64,000 nucleotides of DNA from Spirochaetota bacterium (GTDB lineage: Bacteria > Spirochaetota > UBA4802 > UBA5550), in NCBI GenBank assembly GCA_017999915.1, contig JAGNKX010000006.1, positions 64,077 through 128,076 on the forward strand, written 5' to 3'. Positions 9,346 through 19,676 of the stretch are shown in pieces; within the stretch, counting starts at the first letter, position 1, and every line of letters starts with the position of its first letter. The notes under the pieces are model-generated. The model worked only from the letters and a program-made list of their open reading frames with translations. It was not told the origin of the DNA and ran no database searches. The translations under genes and the position numbers were made by a program.

Positions 9346-10836
9346 ATGAAGCTTTTTCGAATGACATATCGTACTACCCAAAAAGGCCACAGGATCCGCC
9401 TTTTTTGTGCCCCGCTACTGGGATTTCTTGCCGCTGCGCTGTTTACCGTTTCTCTTCATGCCATCGACAGCGACGTGAAAAAAATGCTCCGCGCCGCCAC
9501 CGGCGTCACCGACGAGGACGTCAGGGCGGCGTCGGGAAAAAAGGAGATCACCCTCTTCGACGCCTTCGCCCTGGCGGTGCTCAAGACCGAGCGCCTGGCC
9601 ATCGAGGGGGAGAGCGCGATCCAGGCGCAGGAGCGGAAGCTCCAGGCCATCGAGGCATGGCTCCCCTATTTTTCGCTCAGGGCGAACAAGGTCTTCCCCG
9701 ATCCGGACACCAGGCATATAAACCTGGCGCGGTCGGCCGTAAGCCTCTACCTGCGCCAGCCCATCATCACCGGCCTCAAGGAAGCTTCCCTGATCAAATC
9801 GGCGTGGTCCGACAGGAAGATCAGGGAGTACCAGCTCCATAACGGCGCGGGCCAGCTGCTGATGGACGTCGGAACGGCCTATTACTCGGTCCTCCTTCTC
9901 GAGCGCGACCTGAAAAACAACGAGGAGCTCCTCAAACTGTCCATGAAAACGGTCGGCGAGATCAGGCGCCGCGTCGATATCGGCCGGAGCAGGCAGAGCG
10001 ACCTGTTAAGGACAAACGGGCAGATATACACCCTCCAGGCGCGCATCAAGTCCCTGAGCACCGGCCTTGATCACGCGAGGCTGGTCCTGGCCGCCCTGAC
10101 CGGCATTGAGACCGAGTTTTCCCTTTCTGATTCGGTCAAGCTGAACGACCCGCCGTACACGCCCGGGGATGTCACGGCCCTCGCGGAGGCCCGCTGGGAC
10201 GTGAAGGCCGCCCGGGAGCAGAGGGAATACGCGAAGGCCGGCGTCCTCGCCGCGTACGGGGCCCATCTCCCCTCCGCGTATCTTGAAGGAAGCTACTACC
10301 TCTGGCAGGATTCTCTTTACAAGACCGATAAGACCAGGCAGCTGACGCAGCTGGCCCTTTCGTCCAATCCGGCGTCTTCGCTGCTCGGGGCGCGTCTGAA
10401 CAACGGGAACCCGACCAGGACCCGCGATTACTATTTTTCACTCGGCGCGGAGCTGCCGATCTTCGGCGGCGACATCACCTTCGCCAGGGTCCGGGAGGCC
10501 AATTCCAGGAAGCGCCAGGCCGACCTGGCATTATCGCAGGCGGTCCGTTTCGCCAGGCAGGATATCGTCGATTCGTTCCAGAACTGGGAAAGCTCGAAGG
10601 TCGAGCTCGAGGCGTACCGCAAGGCGCTGGCGTCGGCCGAGCAGAGCTACCAGGTCGTGTCGAATGAATACCGGCTGAACCAGGTGACGATCCTGGACGT
10701 GCTGACCTCGCTCACCAATCTCCAGAACGCGCGGGACGATTTCGACCGCGCCCTGCTGCAGCTCAAGCTCAACCGCATGCGCCTGGGCGTTTCCATTAAC
10801 GAGTTCACCGGCGAGAAAATCAAGTCCCTCAAGTAG
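9346..10836 (+). CDS. TolC-family outer membrane efflux protein.
   Basis: 496 aa with a signal peptide. It has two OEP repeats. It is divergent from the RND gene. Confidence 0.75.
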   Translation: MKLFRMTYRTTQKGHRIRLFCAPLLGFLAAALFTVSLHAIDSDVKKMLRAATGVTDEDVRAASGKKEITLFDAFALAVLKTERLAIEGESAIQAQERKLQAIEAWLPYFSLRANKVFPDPDTRHINLARSAVSLYLRQPIITGLKEASLIKSAWSDRKIREYQLHNGAGQLLMDVGTAYYSVLLLERDLKNNEELLKLSMKTVGEIRRRVDIGRSRQSDLLRTNGQIYTLQARIKSLSTGLDHARLVLAALTGIETEFSLSDSVKLNDPPYTPGDVTALAEARWDVKAAREQREYAKAGVLAAYGAHLPSAYLEGSYYLWQDSLYKTDKTRQLTQLALSSNPASSLLGARLNNGNPTRTRDYYFSLGAELPIFGGDITFARVREANSRKRQADLALSQAVRFARQDIVDSFQNWESSKVELEAYRKALASAEQSYQVVSNEYRLNQVTILDVLTSLTNLQNARDDFDRALLQLKLNRMRLGVSINEFTGEKIKSLK

Positions 10837-10857
10837 CGGCCCTGAGCCCGGACCGCG

Positions 10858-13695
10858 TTAAAAGGTGTATCCGATCGACAGGTGGAGCATCCCCAGGTCA
10901 TCGCCCCTCTGCCGGTTGATCTTGAAGCCGTAGAGGAGGCCGATGGGTCCCACGGGGGTGACGTAGCGCAGGCCCGCGCCGGCGGACATGCGCATTCTGA
11001 AAAAGCGGTGGAAGGTGTTGTCTATCCTGCCGGCGTCGAAGAAGCCGGTCAGCTCGAAGTTGTATCCCAGGTCGATGCGGGCCTCGACGCTCGCCGCGAA
11101 GGACGCGCGGCCCCCGGCCGCCTTGTTGAAGAGGTCGCGCTTCAGCATGTTCTCCCTGAAACCCCGGACGTCCCCGATCCCGCCGAGGTAGAACAGCTGG
11201 TCGCTGATGACGCCCTTGAAAAACGTGTAGGGCTGGATGTAGCCGATCGCCGCCTGGGCCGCGAAGGTGAGGCGCGGCAGCGGCGTGATATAGCCCTTGA
11301 GGCTCCCGTGATACTTGATGAAATTGTCGGAGTAATCCGCGGCCAGGAGCCGCCACTTCGGCCTGGTGAGATCCACCGATACGTCGGCGGAGAAGGCCGC
11401 GATGAAGCCTTTCCGGGGCCGGATGAAGGAATCCCTGCGGTCGTAGGTGAGGGCGGCCGAGAAGAGGAGTATCCGCCTGAGATGGTACGTGCCGGTCTTG
11501 TCGACATCGCCCAGGTCTCCCATGGACAGGTAGCCGATCATTTTCCTCTGCTGGTAGCTGACGCCCAGGCCTGCGGCGAGGCCATCGAACCAGAACGATT
11601 TCATCGACAGGGTCGGGCCGTACACGATGGTGCCGAAGGTCTGGTTGAATTCCTTAAGCTTTTCTATGGAAAAGCTCAAGGTAGCCGAGGCCCGGGGGCC
11701 GATGAGGCGCGGCTCCGTCAATCCCGCGGCCGCGCTGTAGCCGGTCTCGCTCGCTTCGCCCCTGGCCCACAGCGACTTGTATCTGCCCAGGAAGTTTTTG
11801 TCCTCCAGGCCGGTATTGGCGAAGAACCCCTTCTCCGAATTGTAGCCGCCGCCGATGTTGAATACGTACGGTTTTCTTTCCAGCACGTCGATGTACAGGT
11901 CTGCCCGTTCCTTCTTTTCCTCCAGGCCGGAGGTCGCCATGTTCACCCACTGGAAGATTTCCATGTCGCTGATGTTCTTGTACTCCTCCAGCATCCGGGA
12001 CACCGACAGGGGATCGCCGGGCCTGTTGGATATCTGTTTTTTCAGGTAGGACGTCATGGTGCGGAGGTTGCCGGAAAAGAACACGTTCCCCAGCCTGACC
12101 TGCTTACCCTCGTCGATGGTGAAGAGGAGCGCCGCGCCGGCGCGGTCCGCGCTTATGGAAGCAGTCCCCCTGACGGTGACGTAGGGATAGCCGAGGGCGG
12201 ACACCGCCATGGCGATCCGGTTTTCCGCGCTTTTGACCGCCGCCTCCTGGAAGGGGGCGCCGGGGGCAAGGTCGATTTTCGCCCGGAGGTCTTTGTCGTC
12301 GATGACATGGTTTCCCCTGAACCCGATTGCCGTGACAAGGGTGCGCGGTCCCTCGGCAATGGCGATCAGTATCCGCGCCTTGGTCCTGTCGCGGCTCATC
12401 GTGACGCGGGGAGTGACCGCCGCCTCCCGGAATCCGTTCTTTATGTAAAACGATTCTATCATGAGGATGTCGTTGTTCAGCAGGTCGGGATTGAATATTT
12501 TTTTTATGATCCGTCCCGACGCGGCGGTGCGCATCAGCTTCAGTATCCGCTTTTCGCCGAAGGAGGCGTTTCCCGTGATCCGCAGCTCCTCCACGTCGAC
12601 GCGGCGGCCCTCGTCGATGACGAAGGTGACGATCGTGCGCCTGTTTCCCCGCTCCACGGCCTCCCGCGTCTCCACCTTGACCTGCGCGCCGGGATAGCCC
12701 TTCGATTTGTAGAGGTCCGCGATGTTCCGGGCGCTCTTTCTCGCGCCGGCGTCGTTCCTGTTCCCCCGCTCGGCAAAGGCGAGGCTTTTCCTGAGGGTGA
12801 TGTCCCGGAAGCGCCTGTTCCCGGTAAAGCGGACCCTGTATTTCCGGCCCTCGCTGATCGTGATGTCGATATCGGCAAGGCCGGCGGCCCGGTCCCTGTT
12901 TATCGTGTACCGGATCTCGGCCTCGGGGTAGCCCTGGTTCCAGTACTGCTTTCGCAGGAGGGAGATGTTGTTCCTGAATTCAGATTCGATGAAGCGGAAG
13001 GTTTCTGAAAAGAGCCGCAGCCGGATGGCGGCGTCCGGATAGGCGCGGTTCCCCTCCACGGTGATGTCGCCGTAGGAATAATACGCGCCGGGCCGTATCG
13101 TGACATAGACCGTGTAGTTGCCGTCCCTGCCGCTCCTTTTCGCCCGGGCGGTCACGGCCGGGTCGATGAATCCCTCGGCGATGAATTTCTCCCGGACCAG
13201 CCTTTCCTGCTCCGGCAGGCGCTCCGGCTGAAAGGCCTCGCCGGCGTGGATCGTCATGGTGGAGGAGATCTCGCTTTCCAGGACCGCTCCGTTTCCGCGG
13301 ATGACGATATTCCGTATGAAGCGGTACGGCGTCAGGCTGAAGTCCAGGGCCACCTTCCCGCCGTCTAGGCGGATGTCGGTCTGTATGGACGAGAATCTCT
13401 TCAGCATGGCCAGGGACTTTTTCGAATCCTCCAGCAGGGCGGCGGAAAAAGGATCGCCCTCGCGGAGCTGGAGCGCCTTCCGCGCCGTGTCCGTCCATTC
13501 GTTGATATTCTCCCGATCGTTGAAATCATGAAACCGCACGGTGATGGAACCGACGGCGGCGCCGTTATACCGTGCGGAGGGGACGTCCTTCGCCGGCATG
13601 GCCCGGGCCGGCGCGGCGGAGAGCAGGGCCATCGCCGCGGCCAAGACCAGGGCGGCGGTCCTCGCTCCTGTCGATCTCTCGGTAAAGGGTCTCAT
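10858..13695 (-). CDS. Omp85-family outer membrane protein (BamA/TamA-like) with POTRA repeats and a C-terminal surface-antigen beta-barrel.
   Basis: 945 aa with a signal peptide. The C-terminal beta-barrel ends ...HLSIGYTF. The start lies 6 bp after the TamB stop. Confidence 0.8.
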   Translation of the reverse strand: MRPFTERSTGARTAALVLAAAMALLSAAPARAMPAKDVPSARYNGAAVGSITVRFHDFNDRENINEWTDTARKALQLREGDPFSAALLEDSKKSLAMLKRFSSIQTDIRLDGGKVALDFSLTPYRFIRNIVIRGNGAVLESEISSTMTIHAGEAFQPERLPEQERLVREKFIAEGFIDPAVTARAKRSGRDGNYTVYVTIRPGAYYSYGDITVEGNRAYPDAAIRLRLFSETFRFIESEFRNNISLLRKQYWNQGYPEAEIRYTINRDRAAGLADIDITISEGRKYRVRFTGNRRFRDITLRKSLAFAERGNRNDAGARKSARNIADLYKSKGYPGAQVKVETREAVERGNRRTIVTFVIDEGRRVDVEELRITGNASFGEKRILKLMRTAASGRIIKKIFNPDLLNNDILMIESFYIKNGFREAAVTPRVTMSRDRTKARILIAIAEGPRTLVTAIGFRGNHVIDDKDLRAKIDLAPGAPFQEAAVKSAENRIAMAVSALGYPYVTVRGTASISADRAGAALLFTIDEGKQVRLGNVFFSGNLRTMTSYLKKQISNRPGDPLSVSRMLEEYKNISDMEIFQWVNMATSGLEEKKERADLYIDVLERKPYVFNIGGGYNSEKGFFANTGLEDKNFLGRYKSLWARGEASETGYSAAAGLTEPRLIGPRASATLSFSIEKLKEFNQTFGTIVYGPTLSMKSFWFDGLAAGLGVSYQQRKMIGYLSMGDLGDVDKTGTYHLRRILLFSAALTYDRRDSFIRPRKGFIAAFSADVSVDLTRPKWRLLAADYSDNFIKYHGSLKGYITPLPRLTFAAQAAIGYIQPYTFFKGVISDQLFYLGGIGDVRGFRENMLKRDLFNKAAGGRASFAASVEARIDLGYNFELTGFFDAGRIDNTFHRFFRMRMSAGAGLRYVTPVGPIGLLYGFKINRQRGDDLGMLHLSIGYTF

Positions 13696-13701
13696 GGCGT
13701 G

Positions 13702-16700
13702 TCAGCGGAATTCCTTGTTGTACTGCATGTCGATTCCGACCTCGCCCTTCGAGTCGTACTTGAGGTCAAGGAGGACGCTGTCGTTCAGCCTGTATTTCAC
13801 GGTGGAGGCGGTGCGGATATCCTTGCTGTCCTTGCCGACGGTGTAGTACACGCTGAAGCGCCGGTCAAGGTATTTGCCGATGGTCACCGATTGCCCCTTG
13901 CCGGTCTTCGGATCCGGGGCCTTCACCTCGAGGGTGTCGATGCCGGTCGATTTTTTTATCTGCCCCCCGTAATTGAAGGCGATCAGCTGCCCCAGGAGGT
14001 CGCTGGCGGAATAGGTCATGGCGCCGCCGGTCGTTTTCCCGAGCATGACCAGGGAAAGGATGTTGTTGCTGTCCAGGACCGGGCTCGAGGACAGGTCGTA
14101 CCGGAGCGTCGACGGGGTCCCGGACACGGCGATGGAGACAAGCCATTTCTGTATCCGGGCGTTGCTGCTGATGCTGATCAGCGGCTCGATCCGGTAGGGA
14201 TTGATGAAATCGATCTTTCCCTTCACAATGTCGAAGTCCCTCCCGAGGTAGTGGATCACGCCGCTCTCGACCCGGGCGCTGCCGATGAGGACCGGGGTTG
14301 CCGCGGTGCCTGCGATCCTCAGGTCGCTGGCGATCTTCAGGCCGGCGATATTGTTCTCCACGGCGAAGGGGCTCCTGGTCCTCACCGCCGCGTCGATGAT
14401 GATCGAGTCGAGGATGGTCCGGCGCGCTTTTTCGTCTGCGGCCTTCGTCGGTCTGTCCGTCACGGCGCCGATCTCCTGAAGGGGGCGGAGGACCAGGTCC
14501 TGGTAATATATCCCCTCCAGCACCGTCACGTCGCCCCTGAGGAGGGTCCTGGCGGAATTGCCGGTGATGCGGGCGTTGGCGTCAAAGGTCATGCGCATCG
14601 TGTCCGTTATTTCGACCGGTATGTTCCGCGCCGCGGCGTTCACCCTGATGTCGCTGAGCTTCAGGCCCCGCGCCGCCATGGAGCCGCCGATGGAAAAAAC
14701 GCCCTCGCCCACGTTCCCACGGATCCTGTCCAGGGTCACCCTGTCCGGCGAGAGCGATATCCCGCCGGTGAGGTCCCGGATATCGTTATTGATGGCCGGT
14801 ATGAAAAAGCCGATCCTGTCAAGGCCGATAACCGCGCTCATGCGGGGCCGTTGCGCGGTCCCGGTGAGGCCGCCTTTCACCGAGAGGGTCCCGGTGAAAT
14901 TGGTCAGCGAGTCCGTGAAGCGGTTCGCCAGCTCCAGGGGGACCCGCGCGTCGCAGGTGACGGCCAGGGGGCCCGAGAGGTTTCCCCTGCCGCCGATGGC
15001 GATCCACCCGGAATCAAGGAGTGAAAGGTTTATGCCGGGAATGGTGAATATGCCTTTTGAGAGAACGGCCTCGCATTTCCGCGACGTCACCAGCCGCCGG
15101 CCTTCGCTGAAAAGCTCCAGCTGCCCCAGGCTGAGGCGCAGGTCGGACCGGGCCGGGGCGGCGGCGTTCCCTGAGGCCCTGACCGTTCCCGTGACGGCGC
15201 CGCCGAGGCTTTTCCTGCCGGCCGCGGCAAGGTAGGGCGTGAGGTCGGTCCTGTCGAACAGGGCGGCCGCGGTGAAGCCCCGGTCCCTGAGATCGTAGGA
15301 GCCTTCGAGATCGAAGTTCATCCTCCCCTTGAAGGAGATGCGGTGGTCGGCCATGGTCACCCTGACGATCATGTCGTCGTAGGCGGTGTCGCCATAGGTG
15401 AGGCCGGTGGCTGCGATGGAGCCGCCCAGGGCCGGGTTGCCTAGGAAGCCTTTACCCTTCATGTCTATGGTCATCCTGCCCTGTAATCCCTCCGCCGCCT
15501 CCAGGGCCTGGATCCTTGTAAGGGAAATCGGGTCCGATGTCATGGTGAAATCATAGGAGCGGTCCGTGCCGATCCAGCCGTCACACCGGATCGCTTCGCC
15601 CGGCGACAGGGTCAGCAGGAGGGGATCGATGATGGCCTTCCGGTCCCTGAAGTTGACGGTGCAATCCAGGGACTTGAATCTCTGGATGCGGAGGTTGAGG
15701 TTCGCGCCGGACAGGGCGAGGGCCCCCCTGGGGTCCCTGACGCTTCCGGAAACCCGGCCCGTGAGCGTCAGGGCGCCGCCGAACCTGCCGTCGAAATCGC
15801 CGGGGCTCACCGCGAAGCGCTCTATGTCCAGGGTGATGGGAGGATCGGCGCGCAGGCCCCTGAGGCCCTCATTGAAAAGGCCGACGGCGCCGGACAGGGC
15901 GACCCGTGATTCGCCGTTCGACAGGGTAAACTTCGTCACTGTTATCGCGCCGGCCCCATCGAGGGTGGCGCCGAGAAAGAGATCGCCGATGGCGATGTCC
16001 CTGACGTGGATCGCTTCTCCCGACAGGGTAACAGCAACGACGGGGCGGCGGATGGTCCCGGAAAGGGAGCCCTCCATGCGCGCGGAGCCGCCGCAGCCGC
16101 CAAGGCCCAGCGCCGAGGCTTCACCGCCTATGTCCTTGCTCTGGACCGAGAAGGCGCCACGCATCGACTTAGCCGCTGTATCGATGGACCCGCCCGCCCT
16201 GAGACGGGCGTTGCCGAGGTCCGCCTCCAGGGCGTCCACCCTGAGGATACCGTCTTCCATGGACGCCCTTGCCTGGAGGCTCGCCGCGGCGGGCGCCGCT
16301 TTTGTCCCGATGGAAAAATTCGTTATGGACCCCTTAAGGTCCATCAACGCTGACATGGTATCGGCGTAAACGCCCCTTGCGGAGAAGGATATATCGGCGT
16401 TGACAAGGCCCCGCGCATTGCGGCTGAGGCCGGGGATGTTCCCGATATTATAATTTCTGGCAGCGGCCGTCACCGCGTATGATATCATGTCCGGATCGCG
16501 GTTGGGCCTGATGAAGCCGTCCCGGCAGGCATCGCGCAGGCTGATGGATCCGCGCAGCTCCAGGGACCCGGCTCCGGCCAGGGCCTTCACCGTGTTGATC
16601 GTAACGACCCGGTCCTCCATGGAGATGTCGGCCCTGGCGGCGTCCACCCTGTTCCCGAGGATTGCGCCGCCGGAGTAATCGCCCGTGAGCGAGACGGCCG

Positions 16701-17571
16701 GGTTGTTCACGGTGCCGCGCGCCCTGAAGGTGCCATTGACAGTGCCGTTTAAGGGCCGGGTCATGTTCAGAATGTCGTGGAGCTCGGACAGGGAAATCGC
16801 GTAGCGGGCGCTGATGTTGAAAGCGGGGTTCCTGAAGAGCTCCTCTATGTCCCCCTCTATCGCCAGGTCCGAAGCCGTGGTTTGCAGTTTCAGCCGGAGA
16901 CGCTCCGCTATTCCGCCGGTGACGGCGCTTGACAGGGTCAGGCGCTTCAGGTCGGTCCTGCGGCCCCCGGCAGTGAAGTATCCCCTGCCGATCGTCAGTT
17001 CGATGGATCCGGTTTCATCCCTGAAGTTCAGTCCCGCCGTTGCGCTGATATCGCCAATGTCCAGTTCAAAGTTCGATGAAGGCCGGGCAAAGCCAAAGCG
17101 TCCCTTTTCCAGAACGCATTTCCCGACAACGAGAAAGCCCGGCAGACCGGCGGGCTTGCCGGGAGCCTTCTGTTTTTCCGGCAAGATCCCGAAGGCCTTG
17201 ACGATGTTGAGTCTGCCGTCCCTGTCCAGCGCGAGGAGGCACACCGGTTTTTCCAGGCGCGCCTCGGCTATGTCAAGCTTTCCCCGCAGGGCCGACCAGA
17301 CCGATATCCGCGCCCTGAGGCGGTCAAAGCCGGCTATGGGAGCCCGGTCTTCCCCGGTGAGGAGAGCCTTTGTTATTTCAACCCTGCCGGTAAGCGGCGA
17401 AATGCGGAGGCTCTCCCAGGTGATCGAGCCGGGAATGATGCCGTTAATGATTTTCCGGGCGCGCCTCTGGGCGAAATCGGCATTGAGAACCAGGATAGCC
17501 TGCACCGCCAGCACGGCAGTTGCGGCTATGGCGATTGACAGGACCAGGAGGGTTTTTTTCAGTAACTTCAT
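13702..17571 (-). CDS. tamB: TamB / AsmA-family translocation-and-assembly-module inner membrane protein (DUF490 C-terminus).
   Basis: 1289 aa. It has an N-terminal signal-anchor. It is a long beta-rich repeat protein. The C-terminus (...KYDSKGEVGIDMQYNKEFR) is typical of TamB. Confidence 0.75.
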   Translation of the reverse strand: MKLLKKTLLVLSIAIAATAVLAVQAILVLNADFAQRRARKIINGIIPGSITWESLRISPLTGRVEITKALLTGEDRAPIAGFDRLRARISVWSALRGKLDIAEARLEKPVCLLALDRDGRLNIVKAFGILPEKQKAPGKPAGLPGFLVVGKCVLEKGRFGFARPSSNFELDIGDISATAGLNFRDETGSIELTIGRGYFTAGGRRTDLKRLTLSSAVTGGIAERLRLKLQTTASDLAIEGDIEELFRNPAFNISARYAISLSELHDILNMTRPLNGTVNGTFRARGTVNNPAVSLTGDYSGGAILGNRVDAARADISMEDRVVTINTVKALAGAGSLELRGSISLRDACRDGFIRPNRDPDMISYAVTAAARNYNIGNIPGLSRNARGLVNADISFSARGVYADTMSALMDLKGSITNFSIGTKAAPAAASLQARASMEDGILRVDALEADLGNARLRAGGSIDTAAKSMRGAFSVQSKDIGGEASALGLGGCGGSARMEGSLSGTIRRPVVAVTLSGEAIHVRDIAIGDLFLGATLDGAGAITVTKFTLSNGESRVALSGAVGLFNEGLRGLRADPPITLDIERFAVSPGDFDGRFGGALTLTGRVSGSVRDPRGALALSGANLNLRIQRFKSLDCTVNFRDRKAIIDPLLLTLSPGEAIRCDGWIGTDRSYDFTMTSDPISLTRIQALEAAEGLQGRMTIDMKGKGFLGNPALGGSIAATGLTYGDTAYDDMIVRVTMADHRISFKGRMNFDLEGSYDLRDRGFTAAALFDRTDLTPYLAAAGRKSLGGAVTGTVRASGNAAAPARSDLRLSLGQLELFSEGRRLVTSRKCEAVLSKGIFTIPGINLSLLDSGWIAIGGRGNLSGPLAVTCDARVPLELANRFTDSLTNFTGTLSVKGGLTGTAQRPRMSAVIGLDRIGFFIPAINNDIRDLTGGISLSPDRVTLDRIRGNVGEGVFSIGGSMAARGLKLSDIRVNAAARNIPVEITDTMRMTFDANARITGNSARTLLRGDVTVLEGIYYQDLVLRPLQEIGAVTDRPTKAADEKARRTILDSIIIDAAVRTRSPFAVENNIAGLKIASDLRIAGTAATPVLIGSARVESGVIHYLGRDFDIVKGKIDFINPYRIEPLISISSNARIQKWLVSIAVSGTPSTLRYDLSSSPVLDSNNILSLVMLGKTTGGAMTYSASDLLGQLIAFNYGGQIKKSTGIDTLEVKAPDPKTGKGQSVTIGKYLDRRFSVYYTVGKDSKDIRTASTVKYRLNDSVLLDLKYDSKGEVGIDMQYNKEFR

Positions 17572-17649
17572 TATTGCCTGTCAATTATCATCATGGGGCA
17601 ATCGTGTGCAACAAATAATGATACTGGTCCATGCTCCTTCGGCGGATGA

Positions 17650-17910
17650 TCAGTTGCAGGAGCAGGAGGCTCCCTTGCCGCCGAGGGACTCGGCCAGCTT
17701 CTCGGCGTCGGACAGGTAATCGAAGGTCCCCTTGATGCAGGTGTTCGATCCCCTGGCCGATTTCATCTCCTCAAGGGTCCTGGTGTCCACCTCGATCTTT
17801 CCTTCGGCGCAGAACACGTTATACTGGCTTCCGCCCATTACCTTTGTGGAAAAGACAACCATGACCGGGAGAACAAGAGCTACAGCGATGGTAAAGACGA
17901 TTTTTTTCAT
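17650..17910 (-). CDS. Small secreted hypothetical protein (about 86 aa, signal peptide, 4 Cys).
   Basis: MKKIVFTIAVALVLPVMVVFS is a signal peptide. The internal Met was chosen as the start. Confidence 0.4.
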   Translation of the reverse strand: MKKIVFTIAVALVLPVMVVFSTKVMGGSQYNVFCAEGKIEVDTRTLEEMKSARGSNTCIKGTFDYLSDAEKLAESLGGKGASCSCN

Positions 17911-18107
17911 GCAGGCACCTTCCTGAATGTGCTGGATAGATTTATCATGCAACTGGTCTATAAATAGAGTAATCGCAGATATAATTCAACACAAATTTTA
18001 CCGAGCATCGGTTGCCGAGCGGAGTCGAGGCAAAATATTACTCGACACATCGAAGAACGATGATATCATGTGGTGCAGTTCAAATACCAATCGTGAAGGG
18101 GGCTGTC

Positions 18108-18458
18108 ATGGGATTCGAGTCACTCTCCGATCTGCTCGGCCGGGTCGAGGTGAGGGCTGATCTGAAAATCGGACTGGAACAGGTTTTCCGGAACGAGACC
18201 ATGAGCTTCAACGTCGGCGTCGTGCCCTTGGAGGTGCCCGACCACTATCACAAAATAAGCGACGAGATGTACTTTGTCCACGAGGGAAAGGGAAGGATGA
18301 GGCTCGGCGACGAGCACCGGGACGTGGCCGAGGGCGATTTCATCTCCATTCCCCGCGGCACGGTCCACGGCCTCGTGAAAACCGGCGGCGCCAGGATGGT
18401 CATATTCATCATAACGTCGCCGCCCTTTGACCCGGAACACGACCGCTTCACGGTGTAG
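18108..18458 (+). CDS. Cupin-domain protein.
   Basis: It has a cupin two-His/Glu motif region (HYHKISDEMYFVHEGKG...GTVHG). The start was taken at the internal MGFESL. Confidence 0.6.
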   Translation: MGFESLSDLLGRVEVRADLKIGLEQVFRNETMSFNVGVVPLEVPDHYHKISDEMYFVHEGKGRMRLGDEHRDVAEGDFISIPRGTVHGLVKTGGARMVIFIITSPPFDPEHDRFTV

Positions 18459-18463
18459 CGGCC

Positions 18464-19537
18464 CTACCCGCGGAAATACTTCTGCTCGCCCATGCCGAAG
18501 AACCCGTCAACGGAAACCTTCAGGCCCGACGAGGGCCTGATGGCGCCGGTGAATGATCCGAAGGGTCCGTAGTAATCCGTTTTGATCGCGACCAGGTTGA
18601 GCTTCAGTGGGTTCTCGAAGACCGGCCTGAAGGCGATGTCCACCATGCCGTAGTTGTCCCTTATGGTCCATTCGCCGCTTACGCCGCTGGGACGGTTAAA
18701 GGTAACCGGCGGCAGCAGGTGCAGCTTATTTCCCAGCCAGAGGCAATTCTCGTTATAGCGCTCCTTGTCGCGCACCTGGTTGTCGGTCAGGTTGAAGCCG
18801 GTGAGGCCTTTGTCCGTGAAAGAGGCGCCGGTGACCCAATCGTATTTAAGAATATACGGATAAAATCCCTTGTGATCGTCCATGATGGCGAAGCTGACCC
18901 GCTTCGGGAAGTCGATCTTCCGGCCTTCGAAAAAGAGGGTCCCCTGCATCGGCATCAGGCATTTATGGGAATACATGCCCCGGTTGGCGGCGAAGGGGAG
19001 GCTCACCACAAGGGGATTCACCGCTCCTTTTTCGTGGAAGGCCTCGAAGTGACCGTACAGGGACGGCAGCCTGTCGTCGGCGTCGATGGCCACGTCAATG
19101 AATATCCTGCCCCGGTCCAGCTTGTTGTGCACGTCGATGCGGAAGCTATCCGAAACATAGCGCGCCCTGGTGTCGCCCAGGGAGGAGGGAACGGCGGTCA
19201 CCCAGGAGGGAACCTTTTTTTCATACTTGGTCATCCGCCCGTTTTTTTTGTCGCAGACGATGAACTGGACCAGGGTCCCCGCCTTCTGGTTGTAGATCAC
19301 GGCGAGCATGAAAAAGTCCCTGTTGCCGAGCTGGAAGGCCTGCCATTCCTTGAGACGGAAATTCCTGAAAAAGCGGGGGAGAGGAACGCCGAAGGGCCTG
19401 GCCGCGTCAAGGGGATTGATCTTTTTCAGGGGCCCGTTGAAGGTGCCGAAGGCAATCCTGCCATTCGTAACCAGGCATTCCGGCGGGGGAAGAATCTCCC
19501 GGGAGTATATCGGCTGCTTCATTGGTTGTTTTGTCAT
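18464..19537 (-). CDS. Conserved hypothetical protein (possibly a DUF2804-like family).
   Basis: 357 aa. No catalytic motifs were recognised. The family assignment is from memory only. Confidence 0.4.
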   Translation of the reverse strand: MTKQPMKQPIYSREILPPPECLVTNGRIAFGTFNGPLKKINPLDAARPFGVPLPRFFRNFRLKEWQAFQLGNRDFFMLAVIYNQKAGTLVQFIVCDKKNGRMTKYEKKVPSWVTAVPSSLGDTRARYVSDSFRIDVHNKLDRGRIFIDVAIDADDRLPSLYGHFEAFHEKGAVNPLVVSLPFAANRGMYSHKCLMPMQGTLFFEGRKIDFPKRVSFAIMDDHKGFYPYILKYDWVTGASFTDKGLTGFNLTDNQVRDKERYNENCLWLGNKLHLLPPVTFNRPSGVSGEWTIRDNYGMVDIAFRPVFENPLKLNLVAIKTDYYGPFGSFTGAIRPSSGLKVSVDGFFGMGEQKYFRG

Positions 19538-19676
19538 ACTGTTTCCTCTCCAGTCAATGATTTGGATCTACCGATTTTATTTGCCCATAATCGAACAGAG
19601 CAATAAACAGGCAGGAATTAGATCGTTTATAATAAGTAACTCGGGTCAGGTGTTTTTTAATATAAATAAATAACAA

